In this document: positions 35,831 to 43,949 of the stretch, in pieces
Numbering within the stretch: position 1 is the stretch's first letter
Layout: each line of letters begins with the position of its first letter
Sequence record: SRR22947727_3076
DNA length: 43,949 nucleotides
Strand: one strand, 5' to 3'
The notes under the pieces: model-generated
The model's database searches: none
Seen by the model: the letters and a program-made list of their open reading frames with translations, nothing else
What the model was told of the DNA's origin: nothing
Made by a program: the position numbers and the translations under genes

Positions 35831-37022
35831 CATTAAAGATATTATTTCTCAGTTTAAAAATGGTGAGATGATTATTTTAATTGATGATGAAGACAGAGAA
35901 AATGAAGGCGATTTAGTAATCTCATCTAAAAACTTAACACCTGAACATATCAATTTTATGATTACTCATGCAAAAGGTTTAGTATGTGCACCCATTTCAT
36001 CCGAAATTGCTTCTAATTTAAAACTTTCTCTGATGGAAGGAGTTAATAATGAAATGGAAACTCAATTTACTGCTTCAGTTGATCTTAAAGGTGAAGGTGT
36101 CACAACAGGAATTTCTGCCGAAGATAGATATAAAACAATAATTGGTCTTACAAATAAAGATGCCACAAGAGAAAATTTTAGTATTCCAGGACATATTTTC
36201 CCGCTGCAATCTATGGACGGAGGAGTATTAAGAAGAGCTGGACATACAGAAGCTGCAGTAGATTTATGTAAAATATCTGATCACTATCCAGTCGCAGTTA
36301 TTTGTGAGATTATAAATGATGATGGCTCAATGGCTAGACTCGAAGACCTTGAATTATTTGCAGAAAAACATAATTTACCAATAGGTACAATTAAAGATCT
36401 CATCGAATATCGACTTGAGACAAAGACCCCAGTATCTTTTATATCAAAATCTAAAGTACCAACAGAACATGGTGATTTTGACGCACATGTGTATAAAGAT
36501 AATAATGATAATACAGAACATATTGCTATGACATACGGTGATTATTTATCAGAAGATACAACGATGGTCAGGGTACATTCAGAGTGTCTCACTGGTGATG
36601 TTTTATTTTCGAAAAAATGTGATTGTGGTTATCAACTTGAAGCTGCTTTTAAAAAAATTGTAGAAAATGAATCTGGAGTTATTCTTTATGTTCGTGGTCA
36701 CGAAGGTAGAGGAATCGGTCTAGGAAATAAGATCAAAGCTTATTCTCTTCAGGATGAGGGGAGCGACACTGTAGATGCAAACCTTGAATTAGGTTTCCAA
36801 ATGGATCAAAGAGATTATGGAACTGGTGCGCTTATATTAAGAGAACTTGGTATAACAAATATGAACTTACTAACCAATAACCCATCTAAGAGGGCTGGAT
36901 TAGAAGGTTTTGGGTTAAATATTATAAAAAGGACACCTCTTTTAGGTAAAATCACAGAGAACAATACAGAATATTTGCAAACCAAAAAAAATAAGATGGG
37001 GCATAATTACGATGAAGAATAA
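35820..37022 (+). CDS. ribBA: bifunctional DHBP synthase / GTP cyclohydrolase II
   Basis: DDEDRENEGD, RAGHTEA, RVHSECLTGD, CDC, EGRGIG, LLTNNP; ATG 35820. Confidence 0.96.
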   Translation: MISDIKDIISQFKNGEMIILIDDEDRENEGDLVISSKNLTPEHINFMITHAKGLVCAPISSEIASNLKLSLMEGVNNEMETQFTASVDLKGEGVTTGISAEDRYKTIIGLTNKDATRENFSIPGHIFPLQSMDGGVLRRAGHTEAAVDLCKISDHYPVAVICEIINDDGSMARLEDLELFAEKHNLPIGTIKDLIEYRLETKTPVSFISKSKVPTEHGDFDAHVYKDNNDNTEHIAMTYGDYLSEDTTMVRVHSECLTGDVLFSKKCDCGYQLEAAFKKIVENESGVILYVRGHEGRGIGLGNKIKAYSLQDEGSDTVDANLELGFQMDQRDYGTGALILRELGITNMNLLTNNPSKRAGLEGFGLNIIKRTPLLGKITENNTEYLQTKKNKMGHNYDEE

Positions 37023-37407
37023 GGTAGCAATAATAAATGCTGATTATTACGGAGAATACACTAAAAAACTTCTTGCCGGTGCAACCTCAAGCTTAGATGG
37101 TGACTTTGAATATGAGACTTTTAGTGTTAAAGGTGCATGGGATATTGTTTACAAAGTCAATTCCTTAACTGCAACTTATGATAAATTTATTGTCATTGGT
37201 ATTATTTGTAAGGGTGATACAGATCATTACGAATATATTTCTTCAGCTGTTGCGAATGGACTCATGGATCTTACAATCAACAAAGAAGTCTACATTGCTA
37301 ATTGTATATTGAACGTCCATAATCTTGAACAGGCGGCAAAACGCTGTGAGGATGGCAACAATAAAGGTATAGAAGCTGCATTGGCATTAAAAGATATTTT
37401 TAGTTGA
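37012..37407 (+). CDS. ribH: 6,7-dimethyl-8-ribityllumazine synthase
   Basis: V.GAW, IG..CKGDTDHYEYI, QA..R, NKG.EAA; last gene of the rib cluster. Confidence 0.9.
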   Translation: MKNKVAIINADYYGEYTKKLLAGATSSLDGDFEYETFSVKGAWDIVYKVNSLTATYDKFIVIGIICKGDTDHYEYISSAVANGLMDLTINKEVYIANCILNVHNLEQAAKRCEDGNNKGIEAALALKDIFS

Positions 37408-37434
37408 TATACTTTTTAATAGTATATAATTAAA

Positions 37435-37506
37435 GTCAAGCGAACAAAGTTCCACCTACTGTGAAAAATAGTATGGTAAATTAACAGCTTCGTGCTGTTT
37501 TTTTTA
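37435..37506 (+). promoter_or_regulatory. structured infC-rpmI-rplT leader with attenuator (putative L20 leader-like element)
   Basis: Follows TATAAT (37425-30); hairpins GAAC-AAA-GTTC and ACC.TACTGT..ATAGTA.GGT, then terminator AACAGC-TTCGT-GCTGTT + T run before SD GAGGAG. Confidence 0.55.
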
Positions 37507-37522
37507 TTGAGAGGAGAAAGTT

Positions 37523-38038
37523 ATACCAGAACTTAAGATAAACGAAGACATTAGGTCAAAGGAGTTGTTAGTTATTGCTCCAGATGGCGTACAAGTTGGA
37601 GTTTTAGAATTAAAAAAAGCAATTATTGTAGCTGAGGAACTTGGGTTAGATCTTGTGGAGGTATCTCCAGAAAGCAAACCACCAGTAGCTCGATTGATGG
37701 ATTATGGTAAATATAAGTATGAGCTTTCTCAAAAAGCAAAAGAATCAAGAAAAAATCAAGTTAAGATAAGCGTCAAAGAAGTTCAACTTAAACCGAAAAT
37801 CGATACGAATGACTACAATATCAAGTTAAATCAATCTAGAAAATTCTTAAGAGATGGTGATAAGGTAAAATTCACAATGAGATTTAGAGGAAGAGAAGCA
37901 GAGCATCCTGAATTTGGACAAAGAATATTAGATAAACTGAAGGATGAACTTAGCGAAGTTGCTGAAGTGGAATCAACTTCTCGTCCTGATGGAAGGTCAT
38001 TAACTATGGTGTTAGCACCAAATGGAGGTAGAAAATGA
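37523..38038 (+). CDS. infC: translation initiation factor IF-3 (ATA start)
   Basis: SD GAGGAG (37511-16) then ATA CCA GAA CTT AAG ATA AAC GAA (IPELKINEDIR); LDLVEV, PPVA..MDYGKYKY, GDKVK, FRGRE. Confidence 0.95.
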   Translation: MPELKINEDIRSKELLVIAPDGVQVGVLELKKAIIVAEELGLDLVEVSPESKPPVARLMDYGKYKYELSQKAKESRKNQVKISVKEVQLKPKIDTNDYNIKLNQSRKFLRDGDKVKFTMRFRGREAEHPEFGQRILDKLKDELSEVAEVESTSRPDGRSLTMVLAPNGGRK

Positions 38039-38223
38039 AACATAAAACACACAAAAGCTCATCCAAAAGAGTTCGTGTTACTGGTACTGGGAAATTTATG
38101 AGACGTAGAGCGCATACTTCTCATTATAAATTAGCCAAGGGGAGTAACACCTGGGGAAGATTAAAAAGAGATGTTGAAGCATCTAAAGGTGATAGTAAAA
38201 AGTTAAGAAAGTTGTTGAGTTAA
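38035..38223 (+). CDS. rpmI: 50S ribosomal protein L35
   Basis: KTHK...KR.RVTGTGK; between infC and rplT. Confidence 0.95.
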   Translation: MKHKTHKSSSKRVRVTGTGKFMRRRAHTSHYKLAKGSNTWGRLKRDVEASKGDSKKLRKLLS

Positions 38224-38583
38224 ATGGTCAGAATTAAAAGATCTGTAAATAGTAAAAAATCAAGAAGAAAGACTATGAAGCAAGCAAAGGGTTATACCGG
38301 AGCTAGAAGTAGAACCCTACGTGCAGCCAAAGAACAGGTTATGCATGCAGGTGCTGATTCTTTCACGCATAGAAAAGATAAAAAAGGTGATTTCAGAAAA
38401 CTTTGGATTAGTCGTATAAACGCTGCAGCACGATTACATGACTTATCATATTCCAAATTTATAAATGGTTTAAACAAAGCAGATATAAAAGTTGATAGAA
38501 AAATTCTTGCAGATATTGCTATAAATGATCCAAAAGGTTTTAAAAAATTAGTAGATGTTGCTAAAGATAACTTAAATGGCTGA
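38224..38583 (+). CDS. rplT: 50S ribosomal protein L20
   Basis: AKGY.G.RS, FRKLWISRINAAAR, YS.FI.GL, DRKILAD. Confidence 0.97.
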   Translation: MVRIKRSVNSKKSRRKTMKQAKGYTGARSRTLRAAKEQVMHAGADSFTHRKDKKGDFRKLWISRINAAARLHDLSYSKFINGLNKADIKVDRKILADIAINDPKGFKKLVDVAKDNLNG

Positions 38584-39568
38584 AGTCAATTTAGATAAGA
38601 TCTTTGCATCATTCATACTTAGCCTTGAAGACGTAGTAGATGTTTCTGAACTCACTCAAATAGAAAAAGAGTATTTAGGTAAAGGATCAGTTCTTTCTGA
38701 AGAAAGAGCAAAACTAGCATCTTTAAGTAATGATGATAAAAAGAAATATGGCTCACTATTAAAAGATTTTGCTAATAAGGTTTCTAAAAAATTAGAGAGT
38801 TTCAAAGTTGACTTTGAGAAATCTTATTTTACGGAAAAAGAAAAATCTGAAAATCCTGATATCTCTTTAGATTGGTTTTCTAAAAAAGGTACAAGGAAAC
38901 ATATACTTACAAATGTAATGGAAGAGGTAGTAGACATTTTCGCTTCTCTTGGTTACACAGTAGCCCATGGCCCAGAAGCTGAAACATCCTGGCATAACTT
39001 TGATGCTCTTAATACTCCAGATTGGCATCCTGCTAGGTATGAATCTGATACCTTATATTTAGATAAAGATTTAAAAAATCTACTAAGGACTCAAACTAGT
39101 ACCGTTCAAGTACGGCACATGCAAGATAACAAACCTCCTGTGTATATAGTTGCACCTGGAAGGGTTTATAGATCAGATCAACTTGATGCAACGCACTCCC
39201 CAGTATTCCATCAAATCGAAGGTCTGGCTGTTGATGATGGTATTACATTTTCAGACTTGAAAGGGACCCTTGAGTATTTTGTAAAAGAATTTTTTGGAAA
39301 AAATGTACAGACTAAATTTATTCCACATTTTTTCCCCTTCACTGAACCATCTGCTGAAGTACTCGTTAGTTGGAAAGATGGAGAATGGTTAGAAATTTTA
39401 GGTTGTGGAATGGTTGACCCAAATGTATTTCAAAATGTAAAATACCCAAGTACCACTCAAGGTTTCGCATTCGGAGTAGGCGTAGAACGATTAGCTATGC
39501 TGAGATATGGAATTGACCATATTAAAAACTTTTATGAAAATGATTTGAGATTTTTGGAACAGTTTTAA
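38576..39568 (+). CDS. pheS: phenylalanine--tRNA ligase alpha subunit
   Basis: NFDALN, HPAR, LRTQTS.VQ, PGRVYR, DATHSP.FHQ.EG, FPFTEPS, GFAFG.G.ER. Confidence 0.97.
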   Translation: MAEVNLDKIFASFILSLEDVVDVSELTQIEKEYLGKGSVLSEERAKLASLSNDDKKKYGSLLKDFANKVSKKLESFKVDFEKSYFTEKEKSENPDISLDWFSKKGTRKHILTNVMEEVVDIFASLGYTVAHGPEAETSWHNFDALNTPDWHPARYESDTLYLDKDLKNLLRTQTSTVQVRHMQDNKPPVYIVAPGRVYRSDQLDATHSPVFHQIEGLAVDDGITFSDLKGTLEYFVKEFFGKNVQTKFIPHFFPFTEPSAEVLVSWKDGEWLEILGCGMVDPNVFQNVKYPSTTQGFAFGVGVERLAMLRYGIDHIKNFYENDLRFLEQF

Positions 39569-41928
39569 TGAAAGTACTTAAATCATGGTTGAATGATTGG
39601 GTTGATATAGACAAAATCAATGGTGATGAATTATCTTTAGCACTCGAAAGTCTTGGTTTCGAAATAGAATCAAGAATCGATATTAAACCTAACTATAAAA
39701 ATATTGTTGTCGGTAAAGTACTTGAAATTTATCCTCACCCAAATGCTGATAAAGTTCGAGTAACAAAAGTTGATACAGGAAATAATGTCTTTGAAATAGT
39801 ATGTGGTGCTTTCAACTTTGATGTTGGTGCTGTCGTTCCGGTAGCTTTACCTAAATCAGAAATCAAAGACTCTTTTTTAATCGATAAAAGAGATATTAGA
39901 GGCGTTGAGTCAAACGGCATGATATGTTCAGCAACAGAGTTAGATCTTTGGGAAGATAATTCCGGAATCTTGTTACTAGATGACGATGTTAAACCTGGTA
40001 CTGATTTCTCTACTATTTATCCACAAAATGATATTGTATGGGAAATTGGTGTTACACCTAATAGGGGAGACTGCATGTCTCATCTAGGTGTTGCTCGTGA
40101 ACTTTCACATTATTTTAAAAAGCCACTTCTTGATAACTCATCACAACTAAACCCATCTATTGAAAGCATCCTTTCTTTAAGTAGTGGAACTATCAAGGAA
40201 TGTAATACTTATGCAGGTATCGAAATTGAAAATATAAAAATTAAGGATTCAAACTTTAATACAAAGTATAGACTTTCACAGGTTGGTACAAGGATAATTA
40301 ATAATGTAGTTGATTACACTAATTATGTACTTTACGACATAGGACAACCACTCCATGCTTTTGATAGAGATAAATTATTTGGCAAAATTTCGGTTAGGTA
40401 TGCGAAACAAGATGAAACGTTATTAACTCTCGATAACCAAAATCGTCAATTATCTAAAAATGATCTTATTATCACTGCTGATGATAAACCTATTGCTCTT
40501 GCAGGGGTAATGGGTGGACTTGAAACAGAAGTAACACAAGAAACAAACAATCTTTTAATTGAGAGTGCATATTTCGATAAAGTATCAATAATGAACACAT
40601 CGAGAAAACTTAATTTAATTTCAGATGCTTCTATTAGGTTTGAAAGAGGAATTGATCACCAATTTCAATTACTGGGACTAAACCGATTCATAAACATATT
40701 TCAACAAGATCAACATATTACCTACTCTTCGCCTGTTGTAGATTCAAAGCAACAGTTTTCTATGGTTGATGTAAGTTTTAGTAGAAATGAAATATATAAA
40801 ATATTGGGTATAAAACTAGAAAATGATTTTATTGAAAATATGCTTGAGTATTTAGGAATTAATTACACATTAACTGACAACGATATTGTATTTCAATCAC
40901 CTAGTTGGCGTTATGATTTAGAAAGACCTATAGATTTAATTGAAGAATTCGCTAAACATTATGGTTTCAATAATTTTGAGAGTACGTTACCAATTGGTAC
41001 TAATAAAAATAATCTAGGTGAATATTGGCATCTCAAAAGGAGCCTCACCGATAAACTCATTGCAATGAATATGTATGAGATACAGACACTTTCTTTTGTT
41101 TCAGAAGAGATAAACCAAATTTTTACTCCTGAAAAAAAGAGTGTGGAAATAAACAATCCTATCGATCAAACAAATAAGTTTTTGAGAACAAGCTTACACC
41201 CTTCATTAATTGAGGTGTATAAAAATAATATTGAACAGAACAATCAATCTGAAATGTTTTTTGAAATTAACAATATATTTGATGCTGGAGAACATCAAAA
41301 TTTTGATTCCATTCCCAATCAAATATATTCCTTATCAGCATTAATACCATCTAAATTAACGAATTCTGACACGAGACAAGACCCTACTATTAATGATATA
41401 TATTTTGCTAAACAAATTTTAATAGATTGTTTTGGCAAAATAGAATTAAAACAAATTCACAAACCTGGATTTCATCAAAACTTATCATTCCTTATATTAA
41501 AAAATAATAAAGTTATAGGACATCTTGGCCAACTAGCTTCACAATTAGAAAAGTCTTATGAACTAAATAATTCCATATTCCTTTTTAGTATTGATCTAAC
41601 CTCAATTAGTTCCGAAGATTTAATTAATATAATTTATTCCCCACTATCTCCGTATCCTTACGTAAAGTTTGACTTATCTTTTATGGTTCCAGATGCATTT
41701 GCTGCAAGCGAATTAATACAGGAAGTTGAAAAATTCTTAATTAACAATGAAAATGTAATAACTATTTTTGATGATTTCAAGAATGAGAAAAGTAGGAATT
41801 TAGGAATTAGAATAAATACGAGAAGTTATTCAAAAACTTATAGCGAAGAAGAGGTAACAGATATACTTAATCAGGTAGTTGATGTGCTTGAAAATAAGTT
41901 CTCAATAAAACTAAATAAGGGAAACTAA
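39568..41928 (+). CDS. pheT: phenylalanine--tRNA ligase beta subunit
   Basis: HPNADK, IVCGA.N, TPNRGD.MS..G.ARE, GQPLHAFD, ESAYF, RFERG, PSWR.D. Confidence 0.96.
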   Translation: MKVLKSWLNDWVDIDKINGDELSLALESLGFEIESRIDIKPNYKNIVVGKVLEIYPHPNADKVRVTKVDTGNNVFEIVCGAFNFDVGAVVPVALPKSEIKDSFLIDKRDIRGVESNGMICSATELDLWEDNSGILLLDDDVKPGTDFSTIYPQNDIVWEIGVTPNRGDCMSHLGVARELSHYFKKPLLDNSSQLNPSIESILSLSSGTIKECNTYAGIEIENIKIKDSNFNTKYRLSQVGTRIINNVVDYTNYVLYDIGQPLHAFDRDKLFGKISVRYAKQDETLLTLDNQNRQLSKNDLIITADDKPIALAGVMGGLETEVTQETNNLLIESAYFDKVSIMNTSRKLNLISDASIRFERGIDHQFQLLGLNRFINIFQQDQHITYSSPVVDSKQQFSMVDVSFSRNEIYKILGIKLENDFIENMLEYLGINYTLTDNDIVFQSPSWRYDLERPIDLIEEFAKHYGFNNFESTLPIGTNKNNLGEYWHLKRSLTDKLIAMNMYEIQTLSFVSEEINQIFTPEKKSVEINNPIDQTNKFLRTSLHPSLIEVYKNNIEQNNQSEMFFEINNIFDAGEHQNFDSIPNQIYSLSALIPSKLTNSDTRQDPTINDIYFAKQILIDCFGKIELKQIHKPGFHQNLSFLILKNNKVIGHLGQLASQLEKSYELNNSIFLFSIDLTSISSEDLINIIYSPLSPYPYVKFDLSFMVPDAFAASELIQEVEKFLINNENVITIFDDFKNEKSRNLGIRINTRSYSKTYSEEEVTDILNQVVDVLENKFSIKLNKGN

Positions 41929-42507
41929 ATGGTCGAAACAACTGGTTTAAACAACAGAGTTTACCAAATGCTTTCTCAGAAGTCATCAAAAGTTGCAGTT
42001 GATATTCTTGGTATGAGACTTTCAACTAATTATAAAAGTAAATTTACTGAAATTATGATCACTGAAACAGAAGCTTTTGGTCGACAAAAAACAGATCCAA
42101 TGTCACTCGTTAATATGTTTAACAGAAAATTTCCTGAATCTTTACCAAAGGGTCCACCTCATATTCTTGTACTCAAATCATATGGAGAGAACAGAAGTTT
42201 GTATTTATTAACTTCTAAAAAAGGTTCGTGTGAAGCAGTATTAATACGTTCAGGTGAAGTACTTTTGGGTAAAAGTTACGTTGAGTCGAGACGAAAAGTT
42301 AAAATGAAAACTAACAAAGTGACAGGTCCTGGAAATATAACTAAAGGACTCGGTATAGATTTAGTCAATGATGGCGAAGATTTATTTTTTGGGTCCCTCA
42401 ATCTAGCTCCTCGTATACATCCGGTTGATAGAGCTATTGCTACTCAAAGAAAAAACGCAAAACCTAAAGATAAAAATCTTTGGCGATATTCTTTGGTGCA
42501 AAAATGA
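41929..42507 (+). CDS. mpg: DNA-3-methyladenine glycosylase (AAG/Mpg family), divergent
   Basis: ITETEAF, YG, AVLIR, GPG.I...LGI, WRY; mpg-tyrS synteny. Confidence 0.75.
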   Translation: MVETTGLNNRVYQMLSQKSSKVAVDILGMRLSTNYKSKFTEIMITETEAFGRQKTDPMSLVNMFNRKFPESLPKGPPHILVLKSYGENRSLYLLTSKKGSCEAVLIRSGEVLLGKSYVESRRKVKMKTNKVTGPGNITKGLGIDLVNDGEDLFFGSLNLAPRIHPVDRAIATQRKNAKPKDKNLWRYSLVQK

Positions 42508-43679
42508 AATATATTGAAGACAGATCTTCTGTAATTAATCCACTTGCTGATTATGAAGATTTACTTAAATCTAAAAAGAAACTAAGAGTTAAGCTAGGTG
42601 TCGATCCAACAGCTCCAGATGTAACACTAGGTTGGTATGCCATTTTAAGAGCATTAAGAAAATTCCAAGAATATGGTCACACTGCAGTATTGATACTAGG
42701 TGAATTTACTGCACAAGTCGGTGACCCATCTGGAAAATCAGAAACACGATCTGTTTTAGAGGAAAATGAAATTGATATAAATGCAAAAGGCGTACTACCA
42801 ATAATTAAATCAATTCTACATTCTGATAACCTTGAAATAGTTTCTAATAAGGAATGGCTTTCTAAATTAACTATTTCAGAAATGATGAACCTTGCGTCTT
42901 CAACAACACTTGCACAAATGTTAGAGCGTGAAGATTTTTCAAAAAGATACGATTCTAAAAATCCAATATCCCTACTTGAATTCTTTTATCCGTTATTTCA
43001 AGGTTATGATTCAGTAGCTGTTAAAGCAGACATCGAAATTGGTGGCAATGATCAACTCTGGAATCTTATGTTAGGCAGGGAGATACAAAAGTTTTATAAT
43101 ATCAGTCCCCAAGTTGCTATTACATTCCCACTTTTAGTTGGAACCGATGGTAAGAAAAAAATGTCTCAGTCTTTGAATAATTATATTTCAGTAACTGAAT
43201 CAGCAAATAATATTTATGGGAAAATTATGAGTATTCCTGATGAAGTCATGTGGGATTATTTTCTAATGCTTTCAGATTTAGAATTAGACGAAATCGAAGA
43301 AACTAAATCTCTTGTTGCAGACGAAAAAATGAATCCATTTGATGTTAAGAAAAGCCTTGGAAAAATTATAACTAATGAACTCTACGATGAAACTCTCTCT
43401 ACTCAAGCTGAGCAAAGTTTTAATGATATAACTATTAATAAAAATATCCCAGATGTAATTCCAGATGCATACATATCTGATGGGGAAGTACACTTACCGA
43501 ATTTATTAACAGAAAATGATATTACTAGCTCCAATTCTGAAGCTCGACGTATTATTGCCTCAGGTGGTTTTAAAATTGACAATGTTAAATATATTGAATT
43601 GGACATATCAGCCGCACAATTAGATGGAAAAATCCTACAGATTGGTAAAAGAAAATTTTTAAGAATAAATAAAAAATAA
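42504..43679 (+). CDS. tyrS: tyrosine--tRNA ligase
   Basis: KLG.DPTAPD, GDPSG, YPL.QGYDSV, GG.DQ..N, KMSQS, C-terminal S4 domain (GKRKF); ATG 42504. Confidence 0.95.
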   Translation: MKYIEDRSSVINPLADYEDLLKSKKKLRVKLGVDPTAPDVTLGWYAILRALRKFQEYGHTAVLILGEFTAQVGDPSGKSETRSVLEENEIDINAKGVLPIIKSILHSDNLEIVSNKEWLSKLTISEMMNLASSTTLAQMLEREDFSKRYDSKNPISLLEFFYPLFQGYDSVAVKADIEIGGNDQLWNLMLGREIQKFYNISPQVAITFPLLVGTDGKKKMSQSLNNYISVTESANNIYGKIMSIPDEVMWDYFLMLSDLELDEIEETKSLVADEKMNPFDVKKSLGKIITNELYDETLSTQAEQSFNDITINKNIPDVIPDAYISDGEVHLPNLLTENDITSSNSEARRIIASGGFKIDNVKYIELDISAAQLDGKILQIGKRKFLRINKK

Positions 43680-43699
43680 TACCCTCTTTAAACAAGAAG

Positions 43700-43915
43700 G
43701 TGTTACTCTTAAATTACGAAATTTGGCTTTTTGACAACTGAGTAGAGTATGAACGCCGGTAGTGCAGAATTAATTTTCTAGCACTCTTTTTTTGTCAACT
43801 TTTAAGTTAAAAGTTGATGGCTAGTTCTTTTTATTAAGAGTTAGTGATGGTTTAAAAACCATAATATGGGATAAAACCCATGTTGATTCTTTGGTCAGAT
43901 TAAAATTCAAAGATT
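43700..43915 (+). promoter_or_regulatory. rRNA operon promoter/leader
   Basis: Possible extended -10 TG-T-TACTCT (43701-09); boxA-like CTTTTTGACAAC; series of hairpins such as TCAACTTTTA-AGT-TAAAAGTTGA (43795-43817). Confidence 0.5.
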
Positions 43916-43949
43916 TTGTTGGAGAGTTTGATCCTGGCTCAGGACGAAC
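43916..43949 (+). rRNA. rrs: 16S rRNA, 5' end (truncated by window)
   Basis: AGAGTTTGATCCTGGCTCAG (27F site, from 43923) followed by GACGAAC; exact 5' end approximate. Confidence 0.97.

Noticed and set aside
38560-42510. T-box riboswitches before pheS or tyrS
   Set aside because: Both genes overlap their upstream neighbours, leaving no leader
1752-43606. Many short overlapping or antisense ORFs in the track (e.g. 1752-2075, 2519-2872, 5234-5476, 7015-7335, 27510-27737, 33326-33664, 43284-43606)
   Set aside because: They lie within well-supported genes, have no recognisable motifs, and are expected by chance
43731-43736. TTGACA as the -35 of the rRNA promoter
   Set aside because: No -10 hexamer at 16-18 bp spacing; better explained as part of a boxA-like or leader helix

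Overview
A low-GC, very compact stretch of bacterial core chromosome, with most genes abutting or overlapping. Gene content and synteny point to a genome-streamlined actinobacterium, most consistent with marine Ca. Actinomarina/Acidimicrobiia (inference from trmI, pafB/pafC-tatAC-helY, DUF4193, a GarA-like FHA protein, mpg-tyrS-rrn and a 16S start reading GACGAAC). It runs from the 3' part of a tRNA-Leu through guaC, a redox cluster, tRNA-modification genes, the remnant Pup/proteasome locus, nadK-pyrG-xerD-scpAB-rluB-cmk-(ispH)-der, an Opp/Dpp-type ABC transporter, pgsA-FHA-rpe-rib, and infC-rpmI-rplT-pheST-mpg-tyrS, into the 16S rRNA 5' end. I found no mobile element, prophage or CRISPR array, and I cannot claim a wholly new multi-gene system. 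The most unusual points are: (1) a tRNA-Leu with an AAG (A34) anticodon; (2) a Pup-proteasome locus lacking arc/dop/pup/prcBA/pafA while divergent PafB/PafC remain; (3) an apparently arch-less HelY/Ski2-like helicase; (4) a full-length xerD with no ATG/GTG/TTG start; (5) TyrRS with TLGW/KMSQS in place of HIGH/KMSKS; (6) repeated leaderless promoter architecture, including a 26-bp bidirectional promoter; (7) several unannotated micro-ORFs. All family assignments come from motif recognition by eye, not database searches.
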